Source of the DNA: Prochlorococcaceae cyanobacterium
GTDB lineage: Bacteria; Cyanobacteriota; Cyanobacteriia; PCC-6307; Cyanobiaceae
Assembly: GCA_040399185.1 (NCBI GenBank)
Contig: JBBASQ010000001.1
Span: forward strand, 80,645-144,644
Direction: 5' to 3'
DNA length: 64,000 bases
The notes under the pieces were generated by a model. It was not told the DNA's origin. It saw nothing but the letters and a program-made list of their open reading frames with translations, and did not search any database. Within the stretch, counting starts at the first letter, position 1. Every line of letters begins with the position of its first letter. The translations under genes were made by a program, and so were the position numbers. Shown here piece by piece: positions 9,864-19,943 of this stretch.

Positions 9864-10717
9864 GGATGCACGTGGCTGTGGTGGCGGCCCTTGCCCTCAG
9901 CCTGGGCGGGATCGGCTGGCTTGCCAGCGACTGGAAGCAGCGGAACGACCTCAGCGCGCGGGATCCCTCCCTGCTGGAACTTTTCCAGGAGCTGGGGGCA
10001 GCCCCGATGGCGCCGCCGCCGGGGCGCCGCGATGCTCCCGCCCCACCGGCGGGGCCGGCCTGGAGCTCACCCCTGCGCCGCACCTGTACGGCGCCGGATG
10101 GTCCCCTGGCCCGGCGCCTGCGCCACCTGCTGGCGGCGCTGCCCAGTCAGGCCACCAGGGTGACCATCCATCCCACCAATTACGGCGAACGCTTCCGCCG
10201 CGACGCCTACGGCAACCGGGTGGATCCCACCCCGCAACTGGTGGTGCTGCACGAGACGGTGTACGGCATCAACTCAGCGATCAACACCTTCACCACGGCC
10301 CACCCCAGCGATGACGACCAGGTGAGCTATCACGCCCTGATCGGCCTCGACGGCCAGGTGGTGACGTTGCTCGATCCGAGCAAGCGGGCCTTTGGGGCTG
10401 GCAACTCCGCCTTCAATGGCCGCTGGGTGGTGACCAATCCGCGGGTGGGCGGTTCGGTGAACAACTTCGCCCTGCACGTGAGCCTGGAAACCCCGCTCGA
10501 CGGCGAAAACGACGGCCTGGCCCACAGCGGCTACACCCGTGCCCAATACGACGCCCTGGCGGTGTTGCTTGCCGACTGGATGCGCCGGTTCCGGATTCCA
10601 CCGGAGAACATCACCACGCACCGCGCCGTGGATCTGGGCGGCGCGCGGGCCGATCCCCGCAGCTTCGATTGGGGCGCGCTGCAGCAGCGACTCGGCCACC
10701 TGGGGGTGTTGTGCTAG
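9860..10717 (+). CDS. N-acetylmuramoyl-L-alanine amidase (Amidase_2 / PGRP fold), membrane-anchored
   Basis: N-terminal hydrophobic segment. Amidase_2-like core ..VVLHETV..YHALIGLDG..FALHVSLE..THRAVD... The ATG overlaps the upstream stop (ATGA). Confidence 0.75.
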   Translation: MRMHVAVVAALALSLGGIGWLASDWKQRNDLSARDPSLLELFQELGAAPMAPPPGRRDAPAPPAGPAWSSPLRRTCTAPDGPLARRLRHLLAALPSQATRVTIHPTNYGERFRRDAYGNRVDPTPQLVVLHETVYGINSAINTFTTAHPSDDDQVSYHALIGLDGQVVTLLDPSKRAFGAGNSAFNGRWVVTNPRVGGSVNNFALHVSLETPLDGENDGLAHSGYTRAQYDALAVLLADWMRRFRIPPENITTHRAVDLGGARADPRSFDWGALQQRLGHLGVLC

Positions 10718-10756
10718 CTGGCCTGCTGAGCTGATTGGTCTGCAGATCGGGCGCCG

Positions 10757-11578
10757 CTAGATCAGGGGCGGCAGGGCTGTCTTGCGGTTGCTGAACAGCA
10801 GGGCGTGGAGCTCGGGATCCTGCATGGAACGCAGGATCCGGCGCGGATAGTCGAGTTTGCCGTTGTGGAGGTAGGCCAGCGTGGCCAGGGCCTTGGCATC
10901 CCGTTGGCTGCTGCTGGCCTCCAGGGCGCGCCCCTCGGAGAGCCCAAGTTCGCGGCTGAGCCGGGCGAACTTGCCCACGAGCACGGTCACGTTGATTTCA
11001 GGGTTCAGCAGCTTGGTGCGGGCTGCGGCGATCTGCGCGTCGGTGGCGTCCCGAGGCAGCAGACCCTGATGCACCAATTCGCTCACCGCCACCTGGCCGG
11101 GGCCATGGGTGCTGAACAACCCGGACTGGGCCGCAATCGGGATGTCTTCGCCCGGCTTGGCGTGACGCATCTCATCGAACAGCACGGCCGTCACGAACAC
11201 CGGGTTGACCCGCTGGCGTTGGCACTCCCTCAGGATCACGGGCCGCAGCTCCTCCAGGCGCTGCAGGGTGTGGTTGCGCAGGGGTTGGAGCTGGTCGATG
11301 CCCTCGGTGAACAGCTGGGCCAGGCGCGGTTGGGGCCCATGCACGCCGAACCGCCGCTGGAGTTCCCTCAACTCCTCGGGGCTGAAGTGGAGCGGATCGG
11401 TGGCTTCCGGAGCACCCAGCACGCCGCCGGCATTGGGCCTGCCGGCGGACACCGGCGGATCCAGTTCACGCCCGGTGAACGGCAGCAGCACCAGGGCCAG
11501 GGCCGCTGCCCCGATGCCGCATCGGCGGCGCCACCGCAGGCGGGGGAAGGCTGGGGTGGTGGGATCGCCGCTCGACAT
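10757..11578 (-). CDS. Conserved hypothetical exported/membrane-anchored protein, possibly lysozyme/transglycosylase-like
   Basis: N-terminal signal-anchor (..CGIGAAALALVLLPF) and high GC3. The weak SLT-like features (..FDEMRH.., ..THGPGQV..) are my inference only. Start is ATG 11578, or alternatively 11611. Confidence 0.55.
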   Translation of the reverse strand: MSSGDPTTPAFPRLRWRRRCGIGAAALALVLLPFTGRELDPPVSAGRPNAGGVLGAPEATDPLHFSPEELRELQRRFGVHGPQPRLAQLFTEGIDQLQPLRNHTLQRLEELRPVILRECQRQRVNPVFVTAVLFDEMRHAKPGEDIPIAAQSGLFSTHGPGQVAVSELVHQGLLPRDATDAQIAAARTKLLNPEINVTVLVGKFARLSRELGLSEGRALEASSSQRDAKALATLAYLHNGKLDYPRRILRSMQDPELHALLFSNRKTALPPLI

Positions 11579-11768
11579 CGCCGCTGAAAGCCGCTCGGGC
11601 GATCGCCCCATCAACTCGCAGACAATCTTAAGGAGCGTGATCAATCCCTCTCCCCCACAGGCAGGACGGATCCCCGGCCCGGCCCCCCACGGCCACTCCA
11701 ATGTCCGTGCCTGTTGACACTTTCCGTTGGAGGGATCCCACTAGGTTCGGCGCAGAACCCCCCATCCC

Positions 11769-13400
11769 ATGGCCGAGACCACCGCAGCCGCTCTCTCCAC
11801 CGCGGACCTGCCGGCCCTCGATCCCCACAATCCGGCACACCAGTGGAAGCGCTTTCAGCAGCTCCTCTGGTTTGACGACGGCCTCGGCACCTGGCTCGAT
11901 GTGAGTCGCATGGCCATCACGGAGGCCCAGCTCGAGGCCTTGCGGCCCCGTTTCAGCCAGGCCTTCGCCGCCATGGCGGCCCTGGAGGGCGGTGCGATCG
12001 CCAACCCCGATGAGGGGCGCCAGGTGGGCCACTACTGGCTGCGTCATCCGGCCCTGGCCCCCGACCCCGAGGTGGGCGCCCATGTGGGCGCCGAGATCGA
12101 TCGGATTGAAGCCTTCGGCCGCGAGGTGCTCAGTGGGGCGATCACCACGGGGGCCGGGCATCGCTTCACCGATGTGCTTTGGGTGGGCATCGGTGGCTCG
12201 GGCCTGGGCCCCCTGCTGATGGTGCGCAGCCTGCAGGATCCCGGGAAGGGTCTGCCCTTCCACTTTTTCGACAACGTGGATCCCGATGGGATCAGCCGCA
12301 CCCTCGCGGCCCTGGGTGATCGGGTGCGCACCACCCTCGTGGTGGTGGTGAGCAAGTCGGGGGGCACTCCCGAACCGCACCTGGGCATGTTGCAGGCCCG
12401 CCGTGCGGTGGAAGCCCATGGCGGCACCTGGGCCTCCCAGGCCGTGGCCGTCACCATGGGCGGCAGCCGGCTCGATCAGACGGCCGCCTCCGAAGGCTGG
12501 CTGGCCCGCTTCGACATGTTCGATTGGGTGGGGGGCCGCACCAGCATCACCAGTGCCGTGGGCCTGCTGCCGGGTGCGCTGGTGGGGGCCGACATCCGCA
12601 CCTTCCTCGATGGGGCTGCCGCGATGGATGCCTGCACCCGGTCCACGGTGCTGGAGACCAACCCGGCGGCCCTGCTGGCGGCGTCCTGGTACGTGGCTGG
12701 CGATGGCAAGGGGCGGCGCGACATGGTGCTCCTTCCCTACCGCGACCGGCTCGAGCTGTTCAGCCGCTACCTCCAGCAGCTGGTGATGGAAAGCCTGGGC
12801 AAGGAGCTCGATCGCGATGGCCAGGTGGTGCACCAGGGCATCGCCGTGTACGGCAACAAGGGATCCACCGACCAGCACGCCTATGTGCAGCAGCTCCGCG
12901 ATGGTGTGGACAACTTCTTCGTGACCTTCATCGAAGTGCTCACAGACCCGCTGGATGTGCCGGCCGTGGCGGGCGAGAACCCGGCCGATTTCCTCGGCGG
13001 CTTCCTGCAGGGCACCCGCACTGCCCTGATGGAGAGCGGGCGCCAGAGCCTCTCGATCACCCTGCGTGAGCTGAATGCCCGCAGCCTCGGCGCCCTGATC
13101 GCCCTGTTTGAGCGCGCCGTGGGGTTCTACGGCGAACTGGTGAACATCAACGCCTACCACCAGCCCGGCGTGGAGGCCGGCAAGAAGGCGGCCGCCGGGG
13201 TGCTCGAGCTGCAGGCCCAGCTGGAGGCACTGCTGGCCGACGGCACCGCGCGCACCCTGGCCGAACTGCAGCAGCAGCTGGAGATTCCCTCGGCCGAACC
13301 GCTGTTCTGGATTCTGCGCCACCTCTGCGCCAATCCCCGGGGCTTCAGCGCGGAGGGCAACTGGGGCGAGCCGGCCAGCCTGCGGTTCAGCAAGCGCTGA
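11769..13400 (+). CDS. pgi: Glucose-6-phosphate isomerase
   Basis: 543 aa with PGI motifs (VGIGGSGLGP, GNKGSTDQHAYVQQLRDG). Confidence 0.9.
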   Translation: MAETTAAALSTADLPALDPHNPAHQWKRFQQLLWFDDGLGTWLDVSRMAITEAQLEALRPRFSQAFAAMAALEGGAIANPDEGRQVGHYWLRHPALAPDPEVGAHVGAEIDRIEAFGREVLSGAITTGAGHRFTDVLWVGIGGSGLGPLLMVRSLQDPGKGLPFHFFDNVDPDGISRTLAALGDRVRTTLVVVVSKSGGTPEPHLGMLQARRAVEAHGGTWASQAVAVTMGGSRLDQTAASEGWLARFDMFDWVGGRTSITSAVGLLPGALVGADIRTFLDGAAAMDACTRSTVLETNPAALLAASWYVAGDGKGRRDMVLLPYRDRLELFSRYLQQLVMESLGKELDRDGQVVHQGIAVYGNKGSTDQHAYVQQLRDGVDNFFVTFIEVLTDPLDVPAVAGENPADFLGGFLQGTRTALMESGRQSLSITLRELNARSLGALIALFERAVGFYGELVNINAYHQPGVEAGKKAAAGVLELQAQLEALLADGTARTLAELQQQLEIPSAEPLFWILRHLCANPRGFSAEGNWGEPASLRFSKR

Positions 13401-13409
13401 CGCCCTGGC

Positions 13410-13838
13410 CTAAAGCGCCACGAGCACGCCCCCAACGGCAATCAGCCCCACCCCGATCCAGGCCCGCAGGCCCAGCTGCTCCCCCAGCAGCAGGGTTCCC
13501 AGCAGGGCCACGACCACCACGCTCAGCTTGTCGATCGGGGCCACCCGGCTCACCGGGCCCAGTTCCAGGGCCCGGAAGTAGCAAAGCCAGGAGGCTCCGG
13601 TCGCCAGGCCGGAGAGCACCAGGGCCATCAAGCTGGTGCGGGGCAGCCCCTTGAGGCTGTCCCACTGCAGTTGCCCGTTCAGCAGCAGCAACAGGGCCAG
13701 GGCCACGAGCACCACGGCCGTGCGCAGCAGCGTGGCCAGATTGGAGTCAATCCCAGCGACGCCCAGCTTGGCCAGCACGGCTGTGAGGGCCGCAAAGCCG
13801 GCGGCCAGGCCTGCCCACAACTGCCAGCTGCCGAGCAC
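13410..13838 (-). CDS. Small EamA/DMT-like membrane protein
   Basis: 142 aa with 4-5 predicted hydrophobic helices. The GTG start lies 6 nt after the leuS stop, so it is probably co-transcribed. Confidence 0.6.
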   Translation of the reverse strand: MLGSWQLWAGLAAGFAALTAVLAKLGVAGIDSNLATLLRTAVVLVALALLLLLNGQLQWDSLKGLPRTSLMALVLSGLATGASWLCYFRALELGPVSRVAPIDKLSVVVVALLGTLLLGEQLGLRAWIGVGLIAVGGVLVAL

Positions 13839-13844
13839 AGGCGA

Positions 13845-16469
13845 TCAGGGAACCAGATTCACCAGCTTGCCGGGCACCACGATCACGCGGCTGGGGGCCT
13901 TGCCCTCCAGCCACTTGGCGGCGACGTCGCTCTCCAGGGCGAGGCGTTCCAGGGTGGCCTTGTCGGCGTCGGCCGGCACCTCGAGGTTGCCGCGCACCTT
14001 GCCCTTGATCTGGATCACCAGGGGGATGGTGTCGCGCACCAGGGCCGAGGCATCGGCCAGGGGCCAGGACTGGCCGTGCACGCTGGATCCCGCCAGGGCA
14101 TCGCCTTCCGAGCGGCCGCCCAGCTTGAGCCAGAGCTCCTCGGCCAGGTGGGGCGCAAAGGGGGCCAGCAGCACCAGCAGCGTGCGCAGGGCTTCGGTGG
14201 CCACGGCTTCACCGCTGGCCTCCAGGTGCTCGCCCATGGCGTTGCTGAGCTTCATCAGCTCCGACACGGCGGTGTTGAACTGATAGTCGCCGTCGAGGTC
14301 TTCGCTGATGGCGCTGATGGCGGTGTGCACGGCGCGGCGCAGCTCCCGCTCAGCGGGGGTGAGGGCGTCAGTGTTAATCGGTGCAGGGGGGCCAGCCAGG
14401 CTCAGGCCGCGGGTGTTGGCCCCATCCACCAGGCGCCAGATGCGCTGGAGGAAGCGGAACTGGCCCTCCACATCCGCGTCGTCCCACTCCAGATCCTTCT
14501 CCGGCGGTGCCTTGAACAGGATGAACATCCGGGCGGTATCAGCGCCGTAGCGGTCGATCACCACGGCCGGATCCACGCCGTTGTACTTCGACTTCGACAT
14601 CTTTTCGTAGAAGGTGTCGAGCCCATCGCCCGTGATCGGATCGCGGGGATCGGTGGGATCGGCCACATCAGCCGGCGCGATGTACTTGCCGGTGCTCGGG
14701 TTCTTGTAGGTGATGCCCTGCACCATGCCCTGGGTGAGCAGGCGGCTGAAGGGCTCATCGAAGGCCAGCAGACCCCGATCCCGCAGCACCTTGGTGAAGA
14801 ACCGGGAATAGAGCAGGTGCAGGATCGCGTGCTCAATGCCGCCCACGTACTGATCCACCGGCAGCCAGCTGTTCACCGCCTCCGCAGAGAACGGCAGGTC
14901 GATGTTGTGAGGATCGCTGTAGCGCAGGAAATACCAGCTGGAACACATGAAGGTGTCCATGGTGTCGGTTTCCCGCTTGGCCGGTTTGCCGCAGCAGGGG
15001 CACGGCACGTTCACCCAGCTCTCCAGCTGGGCCAGGGGCGAACCGCCCTTGCCCACGAGGCTGGCGCCCTGGGGCAGTTCCACCGGTAGCTGGTCGGCCG
15101 GCACCGGCACCACGCCACAGCTGTCGCAGTGGATCACCGGGATCGGGCAACCCCAGTAGCGCTGGCGGGAGATCAGCCAGTCGCGCAGGCGGAATTGCAC
15201 GCGGCCCTGGCCCCAGCCCTCGGCTTCGGCGGCCGCGGTGATCGCGGCCTTGGCTGCGGTGCTGGCCAGGCCATCGAAACGGCCGGAATGGATGAGGACG
15301 CCGGCTTCGGTCCAGGCGCCGCCCTCGAAGGCGTGCTCGTCACTGCCCTCGGGAATGATCACCTGCTTCACCGGCAGCTCGTACTGGCGGGCAAACAGGA
15401 AATCGCGCTGGTCGTGGGCGGGCACACCCATCACGGCGCCGGTGCCGTACTCGGCCAGCACGTAATCGGCGATCCAGAGGGGAATCAGCTCGCCGTTGGC
15501 GGGGTTGCGCACCTGGGCCCCAATCGGAACCCCCCGCTTGGGCTTGTCTTCGGCGGTGCGTTCCTGCTCGCTCTGGCGGCTCACCAGATCGCAAAAGGCC
15601 TCCACATGGATTTGCTCCGCCTCGGTGGTGAGCGACGGCACCAGGGGATGCTCGGGGGCGAGCACCACGTAGCTGGCGCCGAAGATCGTGTCGGGACGGG
15701 TGGTGAACACGGTGATGTGCTCCCCGGTGGCCTCACCTGCCGTATCCACTACCTCAAACGTGAGCTCGGCACCGCTGCTGCGGCCGATCCAGTTGGCCTG
15801 CATCGTGCGCACCCGTTCCGGCCAGCCCTCGAGCTTGGGGAGGTCGTCGAGCAGCTGGTCGGCGTAGGCGGTGATCTTCAGGAACCACTGGCGCAGCTTG
15901 CGCTTTTCCACCAGGGCGCCGGATCGCCAGGAGCGTCCCTCGCTGTCCACCTGTTCGTTGGCCAGCACCGTCTGGTCGATCGGATCCCAGTTCACGGTGG
16001 CGTCCTTCTGATACGCCAGCCCCGCTTCCAGGAACTGCAGGAACAGCCACTGGGTCCAGCGGTAGTAATCGCTGTGGCAGGTGGCCACCTCCCGGTCCCA
16101 GTCGATCGAGAGGCCCAACTGCTTGAGCTGCTCGCGCATCGACGCGATGTTGCGGTCGGTCCAGGCGCCGGGGTCCACACCCCGCTCAATCGCCGCGTTC
16201 TCGGCCGGGAGGCCGAAGGCATCCCAACCCATGGGATGCAGCACCCGTTTGCCGCGCATGCGCTGCACCCGCGCCACCACGTCGGTGATCACGTAGTTGC
16301 GCACGTGGCCCATGTGCAGGTTCCCCGACGGATAGGGGAACATCGACAGGGCATAGAACGTGTCGCCGTTGTCCTGAAGCGCCGGCGTGGCGTGCAGGCC
16401 CTCGCTCTCCCAGGCCTGCTGCCAGCGGCTCTCGATGGCCTGGGGTTGGTAGCGGCTGGCTTCGCTCAC
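13845..16469 (-). CDS. leuS: Leucine--tRNA ligase
   Basis: HIGH-type motif ([11 protein letters not shown]) and KMSKS (EKMSKSK). I prefer the GTG at 16469 ([17 protein letters not shown]..), with GTG 16505 as the alternative. Confidence 0.95.
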   Translation of the reverse strand: MSEASRYQPQAIESRWQQAWESEGLHATPALQDNGDTFYALSMFPYPSGNLHMGHVRNYVITDVVARVQRMRGKRVLHPMGWDAFGLPAENAAIERGVDPGAWTDRNIASMREQLKQLGLSIDWDREVATCHSDYYRWTQWLFLQFLEAGLAYQKDATVNWDPIDQTVLANEQVDSEGRSWRSGALVEKRKLRQWFLKITAYADQLLDDLPKLEGWPERVRTMQANWIGRSSGAELTFEVVDTAGEATGEHITVFTTRPDTIFGASYVVLAPEHPLVPSLTTEAEQIHVEAFCDLVSRQSEQERTAEDKPKRGVPIGAQVRNPANGELIPLWIADYVLAEYGTGAVMGVPAHDQRDFLFARQYELPVKQVIIPEGSDEHAFEGGAWTEAGVLIHSGRFDGLASTAAKAAITAAAEAEGWGQGRVQFRLRDWLISRQRYWGCPIPVIHCDSCGVVPVPADQLPVELPQGASLVGKGGSPLAQLESWVNVPCPCCGKPAKRETDTMDTFMCSSWYFLRYSDPHNIDLPFSAEAVNSWLPVDQYVGGIEHAILHLLYSRFFTKVLRDRGLLAFDEPFSRLLTQGMVQGITYKNPSTGKYIAPADVADPTDPRDPITGDGLDTFYEKMSKSKYNGVDPAVVIDRYGADTARMFILFKAPPEKDLEWDDADVEGQFRFLQRIWRLVDGANTRGLSLAGPPAPINTDALTPAERELRRAVHTAISAISEDLDGDYQFNTAVSELMKLSNAMGEHLEASGEAVATEALRTLLVLLAPFAPHLAEELWLKLGGRSEGDALAGSSVHGQSWPLADASALVRDTIPLVIQIKGKVRGNLEVPADADKATLERLALESDVAAKWLEGKAPSRVIVVPGKLVNLVP

Positions 16470-16532
16470 GTCAGGCCTGGATTGGGCTTGTGGATGGTGC
16501 CACACCCGATCCGGCAGCTGGTGCGTTGTCCC

Positions 16533-16769
16533 TCAGCCCAGGGCCCGCAGGATGGTGATCGCACCGCGGTTCACCAGGGTGACTGGCCGGCCCTCCTGGC
16601 TGATCGCGAGATAGGAGAGGTCTTGCCATTGGATCAGACCCTCGATCTCAAGGCCGCCGTGCACCACCACGCTCACGGGGGTGCGGTTGCGGATCAAGGT
16701 TTGGATGTGGCGAATGCCGGGCTGGGTGGTGTCGAGCGTGGTGGCCCGCCGCTCGAAGAAGCTCTGCAT
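16533..16769 (-). CDS. hfq: Cyanobacterial-type Hfq (Sm-fold) protein
   Basis: 78 aa. ..IRHIQTLIRNRTPVSVVVHGGLEIEGLIQWQD.. resembles the Synechocystis Hfq core as I remember it. Confidence 0.7.
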   Translation of the reverse strand: MQSFFERRATTLDTTQPGIRHIQTLIRNRTPVSVVVHGGLEIEGLIQWQDLSYLAISQEGRPVTLVNRGAITILRALG

Positions 16770-16815
16770 CGGAGCCCATTCATAGGATTAGGGGCGAGCT
16801 GCCCTCGCCACCATC

Positions 16816-17973
16816 GTGCTCCAGTTCAGCAAGTATCAGGGCCTGGGCAACGATTTTTTGATGCTCGACGGCCGTGAAGCGGCCGATCCGGAGTTTTGTT
16901 TCGATCTCACCCCCGAGCGGGTGCAGCGCCTCTGCGACCGACGCTTTGGCGTGGGCGGGGATGGCGTGATCCTGGCGCTGCCGCCCCGGGAGGGCGGTGA
17001 GTTGCGCATGCGGATCTTCAATGCCGACGGCACCGAGCCAGAGATGTGTGGCAATGGCATCCGCTGCCTGGCCCGTTTCCTGGCCGACAGCGACGGTGAT
17101 GCTCCGGGCCGCACCTGGCAGATCGAAACCCTGGCCGGGCGGATCGTGCCGGAACTGCAGCCCGGCGGCACCATCCGGGTGGACATGGGCGAGCCGTTCC
17201 TGGAGCCGGCGGCCGTGCCCACCACCCTGGAGATCGGCGAGGCCGGCATCCCCCAGGGGCTGATCGAGGCGGCGGGTGAATCCTTCGCCGTGGGCGCCGC
17301 CGGCATGGGCAATCCCCACGTGGTGATCCCCGTGAGCGATGTGGAGGCTGTGGATCTGGAGCGCTTCGGCGCTGCCCTGGAGGTGCACCCCACCTTCCCC
17401 GCAAAAACCAACGTGCACTTCGTGGAGGCCCTCAGCCCCACCCACCTGGTGATGCGGGTGTGGGAGCGGGGTGCCGGCCCCACCCTGGCCTGCGGCACCG
17501 GCGCCTGCGCCACCCTGGTGGTGTGCCATCGCCTCGGCATCGCCGAACGCCGGGCCCGCCTCGATCTGCCCGGCGGCCCATTGGAGATCGACTGGGACGC
17601 CTCCAGCAACCACCTGTTCATGACCGGCCCCGCCGAAGCCGTGTTCGATGGCGTGGTCACCCCTGAGGTGTGGGGGGACGGGCCCGACACCACGGTGTCC
17701 CTGGAGCAGGTGGCGGCGGTAGAGGCCCTCGCTCCGGTCCGTTCTGCCGCCGCCCCGCCGGCTGCCGCCTCTCCCTCGGTGGAGGCTGGCATCGACTGCG
17801 CCGTGGCCTGCGTGAACGGCTGCCAGCGGCCCGATGACTGCCCCAGTGCCGCCGCCCGTGCCCGTGCCCTGGAGCTGATCAACAGCAGCTCCCTCGATGA
17901 TCTGGTGGCCCTGGCCGCCAATTCCCTGGAATCGCGCACCCGGGCCCGCTTCGAGCGCGACACGGGTCTTTAA
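16816..17973 (+). CDS. dapF: Diaminopimelate epimerase with an unusual 104-aa C-terminal extension
   Basis: GLGNDF, NADGTEPEMCGNG and ERGAGPTLACGTGA catalytic Cys motifs. The canonical domain ends near aa 281 and the frame continues to aa 385. Confidence 0.9.
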   Translation: MLQFSKYQGLGNDFLMLDGREAADPEFCFDLTPERVQRLCDRRFGVGGDGVILALPPREGGELRMRIFNADGTEPEMCGNGIRCLARFLADSDGDAPGRTWQIETLAGRIVPELQPGGTIRVDMGEPFLEPAAVPTTLEIGEAGIPQGLIEAAGESFAVGAAGMGNPHVVIPVSDVEAVDLERFGAALEVHPTFPAKTNVHFVEALSPTHLVMRVWERGAGPTLACGTGACATLVVCHRLGIAERRARLDLPGGPLEIDWDASSNHLFMTGPAEAVFDGVVTPEVWGDGPDTTVSLEQVAAVEALAPVRSAAAPPAAASPSVEAGIDCAVACVNGCQRPDDCPSAAARARALELINSSSLDDLVALAANSLESRTRARFERDTGL

Positions 17974-17976
17974 ACC

Positions 17977-19167
17977 GTGCCCCCCGGGCTCTACCTCGAC
18001 GCCTGCGCCACCAGCCCTCCAGCTGCCGAGGCGCTGGCGGCCATGGCAGACGTTCATGCCCATGCCTGGGCCAACCCCTCCAGCCTCCATGGCCCGGGCT
18101 TGGCGGCCGCCGAATGGCTGGAGCGCTCCCGCCAGCAGATCGCCGCGTTGCTCGGCTGCCAGCGGGGGCGCCTGGTGTTCACCTCCGGCGGCAGTGAGGC
18201 CATCCACCTGGCCCTGCTGGGCGTCGCAGCTGCCTTGCCCAACGACGACGGCCCGCGCCGGCTCGTGATCTCCGCGGTGGAACATCCCGCCACCACAGCG
18301 GCCGCCCGCCAGCTGGAGCAGCAGGGGTGGCAGCTGGCGAGCGTGCCCGTGGATCGGCATGGCCTGGTGAATCTGGGGGCCCTGGCCGAGCTGCTGGCTC
18401 CGCCCACCCGACTGGTGTCGCTGATCTGGGGCCAGAGCGAGGTGGGGGCCCTGCAGCCGATCACGGAGATCGGGGCCCTCTGCCGCGGGGCCGGCATACC
18501 CCTGCATGTCGATGCCGTGCAGGTGCTGGGGCACCGGCCGATTGCCTTCGACGCGCTGCCGGTGGATCTGCTCAGCGGCGCTGCCCACAAGCTGCAGGGG
18601 CCCCGGGGTGTCGGGCTGCTGCTGGTGGCCCCCGGCATCCCGTTGGCTCCGCTGATCGGCGGCGGCGGCCAGGAGGGGGGTCTGCGCGGCGGCACTGAAC
18701 CGGTGGCCCTGGTGGCTGGGTTTGCCGCTGCCCTGCAATTGGCCCGCGACCGGCTCAGGGTTGGCGGAGGCATCGACCCCATGGCCGGCCTGCGCGACCA
18801 GTTGCTGCCACGCCTCCTGGAGCTGCCGGGCGTTCGGCTCACGGGGCCCGATCCACGCCGGCATGGAGAGGCACGGCTGCCCCATCACCTGAGCATGGTG
18901 GTCAGCGGCTCCAACGGCGAGCCCCTGGCGGGTCGGGCGATGGTGCGGGAGTTGGCGGCCCAGGGGCTTGCCTGCAGCAGCGGCTCGGCCTGCAGCAGCG
19001 GTGGCTCCACCGCCAGTCCGGTGCTGCGGGCGATGGGCTTCAGCGAGGCCGAGGCTGGCAGCGGCCTGCGGCTGAGCCTCGGCCCCTGGCTCTCGGCGCA
19101 GGATCTGGAGCCCGTGCCGCTCCAGCTGGCGGAAGCGATCCGCCGGCTGGAGCGGCGAGAACCGTAG
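17977..19167 (+). CDS. Cysteine desulfurase family (class V aminotransferase)
   Basis: PLP-lysine context SGAAHKLQGPRGVG and C-terminal ..ACSSGSACSSG.. active-site Cys region. GTG start 3 nt after the dapF stop. Confidence 0.8.
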   Translation: MPPGLYLDACATSPPAAEALAAMADVHAHAWANPSSLHGPGLAAAEWLERSRQQIAALLGCQRGRLVFTSGGSEAIHLALLGVAAALPNDDGPRRLVISAVEHPATTAAARQLEQQGWQLASVPVDRHGLVNLGALAELLAPPTRLVSLIWGQSEVGALQPITEIGALCRGAGIPLHVDAVQVLGHRPIAFDALPVDLLSGAAHKLQGPRGVGLLLVAPGIPLAPLIGGGGQEGGLRGGTEPVALVAGFAAALQLARDRLRVGGGIDPMAGLRDQLLPRLLELPGVRLTGPDPRRHGEARLPHHLSMVVSGSNGEPLAGRAMVRELAAQGLACSSGSACSSGGSTASPVLRAMGFSEAEAGSGLRLSLGPWLSAQDLEPVPLQLAEAIRRLERREP

Positions 19168-19192
19168 GGTCGGCCGACCCGCGCCCCACCCC

Positions 19193-19882
19193 ATGCTTCC
19201 GGCCGATCTGCGCGCTGCCGAAGCCCAGGCCCTCGACGCCCTGCGCTCAGCCCTGGCCGCTGATGCCACGGGCCGCTGGAGTGTGGAGTGGCGGTTTGAA
19301 GGGCTGCGGGTGCTGCCGCTGGCCCTGCGTCTCACCCAGGCGCTGATTGATGCGGGGCTTGAGCCGAAGCTGCTGTTCCCGGATGCCGGGGCCGCTGCCC
19401 TGGCCCGCCGCGATGGGCCCCACCTCGCTGAGCGGGTCATGGATTTCGGGGCGTTGCTGCGGCTGCCTGAGGGCAGTCAGAGCGAAGGCCTGATGCTGGC
19501 CGTGGCCCCCTCCCCGGCCGACTACGCCGAGTTCGAGCAGATCTGTGGCAATCACCGTGGCCCGATGGTGATGCTCAATGGCCGCCTGGAGGATGCGGCG
19601 GTGGGGATTGGCAGCGTGGCCCGGGAGCGGCGGCGTGGCTTCCTCTCCCAGTGGCAGTCGGCCTATGCGGTGCAACCCGTCGATGGTGGTGCCCTGCGCC
19701 GGGCCCATCCCGGGCCCTGGGAGCTCTACCGCGAAGACGCCGATGGCTTCCGATTTGCCGCTGAGTTCGATCAGAAGCCCGATGGCGAGCTCCAGGCAGC
19801 GGCCCTGGCCGGGGAAGGCGGTGTGGGCCTCGGCGGCAACCTCAAGGCGCTGGATGCCTTCATCGAGGGCTTGAGGAACTGA
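19193..19882 (+). CDS. Conserved cyanobacterial/plastid-lineage protein (DUF1995-like, from memory)
   Basis: 229-aa ORF with host-like codon bias. No catalytic motif recognised. Confidence 0.6.
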   Translation: MLPADLRAAEAQALDALRSALAADATGRWSVEWRFEGLRVLPLALRLTQALIDAGLEPKLLFPDAGAAALARRDGPHLAERVMDFGALLRLPEGSQSEGLMLAVAPSPADYAEFEQICGNHRGPMVMLNGRLEDAAVGIGSVARERRRGFLSQWQSAYAVQPVDGGALRRAHPGPWELYREDADGFRFAAEFDQKPDGELQAAALAGEGGVGLGGNLKALDAFIEGLRN

Positions 19883-19943
19883 TCCGCCGGGCCTGGCTGG
19901 GCCTGGCCGGTCTCCGTACACTGCCACGAGTCTCAGCTCCTCC

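Noticed and set aside
11714-11747. Perfect TTGACA (11714-19) upstream of pgi as a promoter -35.
   Set aside because: No acceptable -10 lies at 16-18 nt spacing. The nearest TAnnnT (TAGGTT, 11742-47) is 22 nt away. I left it unannotated.
16780-19440. 886-aa minus-strand ORF, plus many other very long ORFs (380-1558, 1714-2805, 11628-13322, 13671-15089, 15129-16877, 20437-21651, 21677-22735, 26033-28051, 29751-31433, 34498-36042, 37072-38091, 39636-40808, 40775-41830, 41563-42630, 42584-43684, 50381-52150, 53470-55287, 55504-57444, 58438-60222).
   Set aside because: All lie antisense to or out of frame with genes that carry clear family motifs. Their products are Gly/Ala/Arg/Pro-rich with no motifs. 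This is the expected stop-codon-poor shadow of high-GC coding DNA.
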